A stretch of DNA of 24,185 nt, from positions 1 to 24,185 of the IMG/VR virus record IMGVR_UViG_3300005764_000012. One strand, given 5' to 3'. The notes beneath the pieces were generated by a model. The model searched no databases and was not told the DNA's origin. It saw only the letters and a list, made by a program, of their open reading frames with translations. Both the position numbers and the translations under genes were made by a program. The DNA is from a virus (lineage: Duplodnaviria; Caudoviricetes). Shown here piece after piece: positions 9,307 through 15,456 of this stretch (position 1 is the first letter of the stretch; each line of letters opens with the position of its first letter).

Positions 9307-9975
9307 ATGCCAACCACCAAGTCGCCTCAAGGGCAGCAACAGCCATATGCTGCGCAGCTCGTCACCATCTACGCAGAGCAGTACCATGCCGCTGGACCGC
9401 TACCGATCGGCGTGACCACCGAGCCGTTCCCGCCGGCGTTTCCCAACGGCGAGCCGCGCGTCTATACCGCGACGGCCACCTATCCCGTGACGGAGGGCGA
9501 CTGGATCCTCACCGACCCATACACGGCCCAGCCGCTCGACGTCATGAGCGACGCGGTCTTTCACGCCCGGTTTGAGCCGCCGCGCCCCGTGCAGGAGATC
9601 GAGGGCCGCTGGGTGTGCAGCGTGAATACGACCATCGCCAATCCGACCAATGGGCAGATCCGGCTCAACCAGCCGACCGTCGAAGCGACGACCGTGCTGG
9701 CGCTCCACAAGCTGACCGACGAAAACGTCGACTATTCGGCCGCGCTGGAAACCGCGGTCCTGGGCGATGTGATCTATATCCAATCGGCGAAGGAAGCCAA
9801 AAACTGGGCGCGGTTGACGCTCACGGCCGAGGCGACCCGGCAAGAGGAGGCCTGGTATCGGGTGCCGGTGGTCTGGACCGAGGGCAGCGGGCAGACGTTC
9901 ATTGAAGGGAACAACAAGCTCTTGATCAACCTCGAGCTCTCGCATCGGGTCGACCGCACGCAGGTGATCCCTTAG
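9307..9975 (+). CDS. Hypothetical two-domain protein, probably virion or tail associated (222 aa)
   Basis: ATG 5 nt after the previous stop; last gene of the late operon; GDWIL motif, then an NPTNGQIRLN segment reminiscent of fibre domains. Confidence 0.55.
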   Translation: MPTTKSPQGQQQPYAAQLVTIYAEQYHAAGPLPIGVTTEPFPPAFPNGEPRVYTATATYPVTEGDWILTDPYTAQPLDVMSDAVFHARFEPPRPVQEIEGRWVCSVNTTIANPTNGQIRLNQPTVEATTVLALHKLTDENVDYSAALETAVLGDVIYIQSAKEAKNWARLTLTAEATRQEEAWYRVPVVWTEGSGQTFIEGNNKLLINLELSHRVDRTQVIP

Positions 9976-9996
9976 CCGCGGCGAGGAGGCGCTCAC

Positions 9997-10028
9997 GGCG
10001 CCGAAAGACTTCACGGTCTTTCTGCGCC
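9997..10028 (+). other. Stem-loop after the last tail gene
   Basis: GGCGC-C-GAAAGAC / TTCACG / GTCTTTC-T-GCGCC; no following U-tract. Confidence 0.5.
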
Positions 10029-10060
10029 AGCTCTGGGGCGTCGGCGCGTTCTAGCTGGGA

Positions 10061-10088
10061 GAGCGCCGCGTTTCGAAACGCGGCGCTC
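10061..10088. repeat. Perfect 28-bp palindrome
   Basis: GAGCGCCGCGTTTCGAAACGCGGCGCTC equals its own reverse complement. Confidence 0.95.
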
Positions 10089-10094
10089 GGAACG

Positions 10095-10114
10095 GCGTGA
10101 ATGCAGCGTGAATG
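10095..10114 (+). promoter_or_regulatory. Putative integrase arm-type sites, left pair
   Basis: GCGTGAATG at 10095-10103 and 10106-10114 (11-bp period); the same motif recurs on the other side of the att core. Confidence 0.75.
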
Positions 10115-10137
10115 AAAACTGCCGAAATGGGGCGAAA

Positions 10138-10156
10138 GGTGACGATTGGTGACGAT
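10138..10156 (+). promoter_or_regulatory. Direct repeat, candidate Xis or accessory-factor sites
   Basis: GGTGACGAT at 10138-10146 and 10148-10156, between the arm sites and the core. Confidence 0.45.
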
Positions 10157-10176
10157 CCGGCGGCGCGCGCCCGGCC

Positions 10177-10209
10177 GAGCCGAATCGTCGATTTCGGCCC
10201 ATTTTTGTT
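10177..10209 (+). terminator. Possible intrinsic terminator of the late operon
   Basis: GCCGAA-N8-TTCGGC stem followed by CCATTTTTGTT. Confidence 0.35.
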
Positions 10210-10229
10210 GATTCGTTCGGGCTTTTTGG

Positions 10230-10278
10230 TGGTGGACGGCGCGAGGCTCGAACTCGCGACCTCCGCGTTGCGAACGCG
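10230..10278 (-). other. attP identity block: 3' half of tRNA-Ala(CGC)
   Basis: Minus strand reads CGCG-TTCGCAA-CGCGG AGGTC GCGAG-TTCGAGC-CTCGC GCCGTCC ACCA: anticodon CGC, T-arm, U70 and CCA end; no 5' half upstream; adjacent to the integrase. Confidence 0.92.
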
Positions 10279-10324
10279 CACGTATCTGCGTTTTCCCTAA
10301 TGTTTTAGCGGTTTTTGGTGGGTA

Positions 10325-10344
10325 GCGTGAACGGAGCGTGAATG
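10325..10344 (+). promoter_or_regulatory. Putative integrase arm-type sites, right pair
   Basis: GCGTGAACG at 10325-10333 and GCGTGAATG at 10336-10344 (11-bp period). Confidence 0.75.
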
Positions 10345-10365
10345 ACCCAAGGCTCCCGCTTTCGC

Positions 10366-11418
10366 TCACGCCTTTTTTCGTAGCCCTGGGGCGCCGACCA
10401 TCGCCAGCTGATCGTCGCGTCGGGCCTCGGCGTAGATCTGGAGCAGCATCTCGGGATGCTTCCAGTTCCCTTGTTTCTGGACGGCGCTGATCGGGGCGCC
10501 TTTCTCGACCAGATACCGCGTCGCGCCCGTGCGGCGCGTCGCCCAGTGAAACGTCAGCCCGCCTTGCCCGCGCCCGTACCGGAGGCCGGCCTTGTTGCAG
10601 AGATACTCGAAGCGCTGGCGGACCGAGCCGAGCCAGTCACGCGGGTCCAGGGCGCGGCGAAACTTCACGAAGTAGTACCGGTCGCCGCTCTTCTCGATCG
10701 CCTTGAGAACGGTCACGGCGCGGGCCGAGAGGGCCGTCTCATAGGCCTCGCCGCTCTTTGCGTGTTTGACGTATAGCCACTGGCCGTCGCGATCGGACGT
10801 CTCGAGATCGAGCAGATCGCCGAGCCGGATCAGGGTGTCGATGCCGAGGATGAGGATCGCCTTGTCCTGATCGTCCTCGCAGGCCTCGAGCAGCTCGTGT
10901 TCTTCGGCGGGTTTGAGCAGGCGCCGCTTGATGGGCGGCGGCTTCAGCCGCTTGAAGCCGACGAGCGGCGAGGCCTCGAGATACTTCGGGACTGCATCGC
11001 GCAGCATGCCCTTGAGCAGATCGATCTCCCGGTTGACGGTCCGCGGCGCGACCTGGCGGGCGGCGATGTAGGCGCGCACGCGATCGGCGTCGATCTTCGA
11101 CAGAAGATCGTCATTGAAAAACTTCCGCAGAGCCTGCAGCATCTCGAGCTCACGCCGCGCGCCGCGGCGCAGTACGATGACGTGCTCGGCGTACGTGGTC
11201 GCATAGTCCGTGAACCGGATCTGCGGCGCGGGGAGCGGCCTCACCTTCTCGTCGGCGATCTCGACCATCCGGCGCAGATACAGCTCTTTAGCCAGCCGCT
11301 TCGTGTCGGCCTTCTGCGCGCTGGTCCCGCCGATCGGGATGTCCGTCCGGACGCGCTCTTTGGTCGGCTCGAGGTAGAGCCACCAGAATTTTGAATCCGC
11401 GCGTTGATAGATGCCCAT
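10366..11418 (-). CDS. int: Tyrosine recombinase / phage integrase
   Basis: 350 aa; N-terminal arm-binding-like segment (GIYQR...WWLY), PRTVNRE, TLIRLGDLL (R), AKSG (K), FHWATRRTGAT, GNW and QIY (Y). Confidence 0.93.
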   Translation of the reverse strand: MGIYQRADSKFWWLYLEPTKERVRTDIPIGGTSAQKADTKRLAKELYLRRMVEIADEKVRPLPAPQIRFTDYATTYAEHVIVLRRGARRELEMLQALRKFFNDDLLSKIDADRVRAYIAARQVAPRTVNREIDLLKGMLRDAVPKYLEASPLVGFKRLKPPPIKRRLLKPAEEHELLEACEDDQDKAILILGIDTLIRLGDLLDLETSDRDGQWLYVKHAKSGEAYETALSARAVTVLKAIEKSGDRYYFVKFRRALDPRDWLGSVRQRFEYLCNKAGLRYGRGQGGLTFHWATRRTGATRYLVEKGAPISAVQKQGNWKHPEMLLQIYAEARRDDQLAMVGAPGLRKKA

Positions 11419-11679
11419 TTACTGTTGCCCGTCCTCGTCGCCGTGCAGATGCGTCAAACCGGCCGTAATGGCCGCGTCGGTCCGCACGCCAATTTCCTGC
11501 AGATGATCGGCGACCGTGACGAGATGCTCGGCGGCCTCTCGCATCCGCCGGCTGCTCTCACGGAGATACCGCGTCGTCTCGGCCAGGTTGGTCAACATCG
11601 TTTCGATATCGGCGCGCGTCATCTGGAAAAATTTCCTATTGCAGAACCCAATTCGTTCACGTAGTCTGTCGTCGTTCAT
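11419..11679 (-). CDS. Small coiled-coil hypothetical protein upstream of int (start uncertain: 11679 or 11622)
   Basis: Its TAA abuts the int ATG; heptad-like pattern MLTNLAETTRYLRESSRRMREAAEHL. Confidence 0.55.
   Translation of the reverse strand: MNDDRLRERIGFCNRKFFQMTRADIETMLTNLAETTRYLRESSRRMREAAEHLVTVADHLQEIGVRTDAAITAGLTHLHGDEDGQQ
11639..11667 (+). promoter_or_regulatory. Sigma70-like promoter pointing antisense into the repressor gene
   Basis: TTGCAG-17 nt-TAGTCT, preceded by the dyad GGAAA-AA-TTTCC at 11625-11636. Confidence 0.5.
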
Positions 11680-11743
11680 CCTTGAAATTCGGGTTTCTCC
11701 CCCGCCCCAACTTCCGTTCCTTCTGTGTGGAAGGGGTCTCCAC

Positions 11744-11947
11744 ATGCCGTCCCCGCTCGCCGCGACGCTCGACAAGCACCACTGGCTTACTTCGCACTAC
11801 GATGCTTTGCGCCCGGATGGGCGGGCCGCGGTCGATGCTCTGATTCGGCTTTTGTCGCGCTCGGCGCCGCCACCGTGGCCGGCGCCGACGGGATCACGTT
11901 CGCGACCTGCACCAGTACGGAGCGGCCTTCGACGGTCGTCTCATTAA
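11744..11947 (+). CDS. Putative 67-aa antisense protein resembling the repressor C-terminal helices
   Basis: GAAGGGG upstream of the ATG; HYDALRPDGRAAVDALIRLL motif; promoter-like element upstream. Confidence 0.5.
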   Translation: MPSPLAATLDKHHWLTSHYDALRPDGRAAVDALIRLLSRSAPPPWPAPTGSRSRPAPVRSGLRRSSH

Positions 11948-12218
11948 ACTTGCGGATGATCAGCGCGGCCTCGGGACTGAGCGGGACTTCGCGCGCGGCC
12001 AGGACGGCATAGATGATGTCGACGGCCGAGAGGCCGAGGGCCCGCGCGACCCGGTCGACATTGTTCACATTGCCGATCTCGCCGTCCTCGATCGCCTGGA
12101 CGGTCTTGTAGCTGGGGCCGCCGTGCCGCTCGACATCGAGCGGCGTCAACTTCCGCTTGAGGCGCGCCCGCTGCAGCTGCTCGCCCACAGCCCGCCACAA
12201 TTCTTCCCAAGTCACCAT
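11787..12218 (-). CDS. XRE-family HTH repressor (cI-like)
   Basis: VGEQLQRARLKRKLTPLDVERHGGPSYKTVQAIEDGE...VARALG; divergent from the cro-like gene; likely start MVTWEEL at 12218. Confidence 0.85.
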   Translation of the reverse strand: MVTWEELWRAVGEQLQRARLKRKLTPLDVERHGGPSYKTVQAIEDGEIGNVNNVDRVARALGLSAVDIIYAVLAAREVPLSPEAALIIRKFNETTVEGRSVLVQVANVIPSAPATVAAPSATKAESEHRPRPAHPGAKHRSAK

Positions 12219-12224
12219 GCCCAC

Positions 12225-12230
12225 AGTATA
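12225..12230 (-). promoter_or_regulatory. -10 element of the repressor promoter (leaderless)
   Basis: TATACT on the minus strand, 6 nt before the ATG; no SD sequence and no good -35 at 17 nt. Confidence 0.55.
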
Positions 12231-12308
12231 AGAAGTTTTTTCTAGGATGGACGGCAATGAAACTCCTGACGAAGACATGCTGAATTTAAATCCTACCATA
12301 GATTTTGC

Positions 12309-12338
12309 TTGACGTCGCCGGAGTTTGTTTTCTAGACT
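12309..12338 (+). promoter_or_regulatory. Early lytic promoter
   Basis: TTGACG-18 nt-TAGACT, ending 8 nt before the ATG at 12347. Confidence 0.65.
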
Positions 12339-12346
12339 TCACGGAA

Positions 12347-12583
12347 ATGACATTCCACGAGCTCATGGCCGAGCACGGCCTGACCGGCTACCGGCTAGCG
12401 AAGCTCTCCGGCGTCGAGCAGACCACCATCTCCCAGCTCTTGCTCGGCAAAGTCAAGGACCCGCGCTGGTCGACGGTCGCCGCCCTGGCCGAGGCGCTCG
12501 ATACGACTCCCGGGACGGTCGCCCGCGCCATCGGCGCGAGGCCCAAACGCCCAGCGAAGAAGGCCAAACGGAGGATCGCATGA
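12347..12583 (+). CDS. Cro-like XRE HTH regulator
   Basis: GLTGYRLAKLSGVEQTTISQLLLGKVKDPRWSTVAALAEAL. Confidence 0.88.
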   Translation: MTFHELMAEHGLTGYRLAKLSGVEQTTISQLLLGKVKDPRWSTVAALAEALDTTPGTVARAIGARPKRPAKKAKRRIA

Positions 12584-12807
12584 GCCCCATGGCGAAGCTC
12601 TCGACGCCGTACCTCACGGCGAGAGAAGCGATGGCGTATCTGAAGGTCGGATCGCAAAGCGCGCTCTACCGGCTGATCCGCGAACATCGCATGCCGTTCT
12701 GCCGGATCGGGCGGCTCTATCGCTTTGAGAAAGACGAGCTCGACGCCTGGGCGCATGGCCACGGCTCGGCGCTCGAGATGATGCGGAGCACTCGACGCTC
12801 CGCGTAA
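12580..12807 (+). CDS. xis: Excisionase-like HTH_17 DNA-binding protein
   Basis: YLTAREAMAYLKV...LYRLIRE..MPFCRIGRLYRF....LDAW; GGAGG RBS and ATGA overlap. Confidence 0.82.
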   Translation: MSPMAKLSTPYLTAREAMAYLKVGSQSALYRLIREHRMPFCRIGRLYRFEKDELDAWAHGHGSALEMMRSTRRSA

Positions 12808-12819
12808 CCAGGAGCCGTC

Positions 12820-13071
12820 ATGCATCTGACGGGGCGCCTGCTCGTCTGCGTGCCAACGACGTTACCGGCCGTCTTTCCGGATGATCGGCACGGCGTCTGC
12901 GCCATCTGCGGCCAGGCCGTGCGCTTCCGGCCGCATGCGCCGGCAGAGAGCACGCTTCTTTGTGTCCGCTGTTATCTCGTCCACGTCGATCCGGACACGC
13001 CGTGTGAACTGACCAGCGAGAGCATCGATGAACTGAACGCGTGGCTCGCCGCCCCGGAGTCGGACCGATGA
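12820..13071 (+). CDS. Small putative Zn-finger protein
   Basis: AGGAG RBS; CAIC and CVRC pairs. Confidence 0.65.
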   Translation: MHLTGRLLVCVPTTLPAVFPDDRHGVCAICGQAVRFRPHAPAESTLLCVRCYLVHVDPDTPCELTSESIDELNAWLAAPESDR

Positions 13072-13262
13072 TCGGCGCGCTCTGGCGGCGCATCGTCGGC
13101 TGCAAGCATCGGCATATGTATCGCGAGCGGCGCCTGTACTACGGGATCGAGGTCCTGCATCTCGTCTGCTTTTACTGCGGCGAGGCCGTACCGATGATTC
13201 ATCGCACGAGCGAGGAACAACGCGCGGCGCTCCAAAAGCTCGGCCGGAGGCCGGACGCATGA
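13068..13262 (+). CDS. Small Cys/His-containing hypothetical protein
   Basis: ATGA-coupled on both sides; GCKH...CFYCG. Confidence 0.6.
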   Translation: MIGALWRRIVGCKHRHMYRERRLYYGIEVLHLVCFYCGEAVPMIHRTSEEQRAALQKLGRRPDA

Positions 13263-13582
13263 TGCTCGGCCTCCTCATCGGCGTCATCGTCCTCGCGATC
13301 GCGTGGACGTGGCTCCTCGGGCTCGCGCTCGCGCAAGCGAAGGCGGAACTGCGCGCCGCCCGGCTCGAGCTCGTCTCGGCCACGGTGCGCGCGGCCGACG
13401 AGCAGACCGGAAAGGAAGCGGCGCTCAAGCTCCTCGATGAGATCACGCAACTGCGCGCGAGTGATTTGCAGACGCTCACGGCTCGGCTCGACGCCTTGCA
13501 GCATCAATACGACGTCGTCAAGCAGCTCTATCAGGACAGTTTGGCGATCGACGGGCCGCTCGGCTCGCCGCGGCTCCAATGA
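13259..13582 (+). CDS. Membrane-anchored coiled-coil protein
   Basis: Hydrophobic N-terminus followed by heptad repeats; GGAGG RBS. Confidence 0.65.
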   Translation: MMLGLLIGVIVLAIAWTWLLGLALAQAKAELRAARLELVSATVRAADEQTGKEAALKLLDEITQLRASDLQTLTARLDALQHQYDVVKQLYQDSLAIDGPLGSPRLQ

Positions 13583-13597
13583 GGACACGCGATTGAC

Positions 13598-14233
13598 ATG
13601 CGCACGCGGCTCTTACGCCCCGGCTTTTTCGAGAATGAGGAGCTCGCGGCGCTCGAGCCGCATGCGCGCCTGCTCTTCGCCGGGCTCTGGCTCATGGCCG
13701 ATCGCGAAGGCCGGCTCAAGGATCGGCCCGACGTGATCAGGTCGACGCTGTTTGCATTCGAACCGCACGTGGATGTCGCAACGATGCTACAAGCACTGCA
13801 CAAGCGTGGATTCATTCGGCGCTACCGCGGAACGAATCGTGTCAAGTGTGTGCAGATCAAAAACTTCGCCGCGCACCAATATCCCCATTATCGAGAACCA
13901 GTTACGAAGTTACCGGCGCCGCGAAAAAGCCCTAGGCTCAGCCTAGGGCCGAGCCCAGGGCCGAGCCCACGGCCGAGCCCGCTTGATACAGATACAGATA
14001 CAGATACTTATAAGATCAAACCGGCTGCGCCGGTTCATTCTCCGCCGTTCAAGATCTACGCCGCCATCGCATCGCAGATCCTCGCGGCGACTGCCGATCT
14101 CGATCTCGATCCCGGCGCCGTCGCCGAAGAGTTCAAGCGAGCCTGCGCCAAACGAGCGCTCCCCTACGACGCCACGATCGTACAGAAAGCCCTTGACGCG
14201 GCCACGTTCGCCCGAATGAGGCGACACGCATGA
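13598..14233 (+). CDS. Putative phage replication initiator
   Basis: N-terminus R.R.L.PGFF.NEEL......ARLLF.GLW..ADREGR, common in phage replication proteins; central repeats and a DTDTDTDT linker. Confidence 0.7.
   Translation: MRTRLLRPGFFENEELAALEPHARLLFAGLWLMADREGRLKDRPDVIRSTLFAFEPHVDVATMLQALHKRGFIRRYRGTNRVKCVQIKNFAAHQYPHYREPVTKLPAPRKSPRLSLGPSPGPSPRPSPLDTDTDTDTYKIKPAAPVHSPPFKIYAAIASQILAATADLDLDPGAVAEEFKRACAKRALPYDATIVQKALDAATFARMRRHA
13931..14014 (+). repeat. Candidate replication origin inside the initiator gene
   Basis: Four 12-mers (CCTAGGCTCAGC, CTAGGGCCGAGC, CCAGGGCCGAGC, CCACGGCCGAGC), then GATACA x3, GATACT and TATAAG. Confidence 0.65.
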
Positions 14234-14433
14234 CGACGGGCCCACGCACGATCGTTGAACCCGAACAGCGCATCTACCTCAAGTGCCGAGAGTGTGGCTA
14301 TCAATGGCACGCCGCCCAAGTGTTGCCAGGCACCTGGTGGGGCAAGGGTGTGACGCCTGAAAAAATCGCCAGCATCTGCTGGTGTCCGAAATGTTCGGCG
14401 ACGCCGCCGATGCTCATCGAAAGGCCGTCATGA
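14230..14433 (+). CDS. Small Zn-ribbon protein
   Basis: CRECG...CPKCS; ATGA-coupled. Confidence 0.65.
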   Translation: MTTGPRTIVEPEQRIYLKCRECGYQWHAAQVLPGTWWGKGVTPEKIASICWCPKCSATPPMLIERPS

Positions 14434-15257
14434 CGGAGGGGCAGAGCGCCTACACGTGGGTCAAGCAAGAGCGGTTTGGACCGCCGCTCGCACAGAGTTT
14501 GAGAATCTCGACTGCGCCCAGTGTGGCCGGTTGGCCCTACTACCACGTCGATCTAAATGCGGGTGGCGGCAGCAACGATCTCGTTCCTGGTGCGCCGGTC
14601 GAGGGAAGTCCGCTCAATTTTCTCCGCGCGGTAGAACGTACAGGGCGATGGAATGTACAAGTTTTTTTTGTCGATAACGATCTGGACAAGATCAAAGAGC
14701 TCATCGCACAACGGGCCCTCTTAGCGTTTCCCTCTGACCGTTTAACCATTCATCACGGCGACAACGCCGAATTACTGCCGGTCGTTCGCGAGGTGATTTA
14801 TCGCCGTGAGCGACGGCCGGACTGTGCAATGGGATCAATTCTGATTGATCCGAATGGTTGGCACGGGGGCGTCCCGTGGGAGGCCCTCCGAGCTTTCTGC
14901 CTCGAGTTTCCGCGATTTGATCTACTGCTCAATCTCAACGTGCGAACCTTTCGACTCGAGGAGGCGCAAAAGAATATCGGCCGCGGCAAGTGGGCGAACC
15001 TAGTAGTCCGGCCGCCGGCTGGATTTCGGCAATGGTTCAATCGTCCACATTGGATGTGGACGGAACCGATGCAGATCGGGATCGGGAGTACCTGGATTCA
15101 AGGCGTCGCCCGGACGATGCCAACGGCCCAGACCGGATACCGATCACTCGGCTATTACGACGATCAATCAGAACGTGGCCGCGCGATTCTGGCGACATTC
15201 GATCATGCCATTACAGGGACCAGTCCTCAGCTCTCACTTCTACCGGACGTATGCTGA
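14430..15257 (+). CDS. tcmP: Three-Cys-motif partner protein (TcmP family, SAM-methyltransferase-like fold)
   Basis: T..K start motif, VDLNAGGG, EGSPL, FFVDND, HGDNA, LIDPNG and DLLLNL; located near DUF5131. Confidence 0.75.
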   Translation: MTEGQSAYTWVKQERFGPPLAQSLRISTAPSVAGWPYYHVDLNAGGGSNDLVPGAPVEGSPLNFLRAVERTGRWNVQVFFVDNDLDKIKELIAQRALLAFPSDRLTIHHGDNAELLPVVREVIYRRERRPDCAMGSILIDPNGWHGGVPWEALRAFCLEFPRFDLLLNLNVRTFRLEEAQKNIGRGKWANLVVRPPAGFRQWFNRPHWMWTEPMQIGIGSTWIQGVARTMPTAQTGYRSLGYYDDQSERGRAILATFDHAITGTSPQLSLLPDVC

Positions 15258-15456
15258 ATATCGCGAGCATCCGGTCTATCTCGCGGCGCGAGCGGCAGCG
15301 ATGCGGGCCGCCGAGTATCGCTGTCTCGAGTGCGGTGAACCAGCGACCGAGGTGCATCACCTCCGCTATCCCCCCTGGGGAACGTTCGATCTGCCGTCGA
15401 ATCTTCGGCCGGTCTGTCATGACTGCCATTGTCGGATTGAGGGAAAGCCGTCATGA
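15205..15456 (+). CDS. HNH endonuclease (start uncertain: 15175 or 15205)
   Basis: YRCLECGEPATEVHHLRY...NLRPVCHDCH. Confidence 0.8.
   Translation: MPLQGPVLSSHFYRTYAEYREHPVYLAARAAAMRAAEYRCLECGEPATEVHHLRYPPWGTFDLPSNLRPVCHDCHCRIEGKPS

Noticed and set aside
7143-9975. Diversity-generating retroelement or invertible tail cassette
   Set aside because: No reverse transcriptase, serine invertase, TR/VR pair or inverted fibre genes seen.
10035-10114. Second tRNA gene on the + strand
   Set aside because: D-arm and anticodon-arm resemblance only; 8-nt loop, no T-arm and no pairing acceptor stem.
10201-10213. IHF site in attP (AATCAACAAAAAT on the minus strand)
   Set aside because: Matches WATCAA but lacks the TTR part of the consensus.
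10230-10278. Functional phage tRNA gene
   Set aside because: No 5' acceptor strand or D-arm upstream on the minus strand; it is an attP identity block.
14662-14669. T8 tract in tcmP (and T7 at 15714-15720) as phase-variation sites
   Set aside because: Short, in-frame tracts in an AT-richer region; no evidence of slippage without reads.
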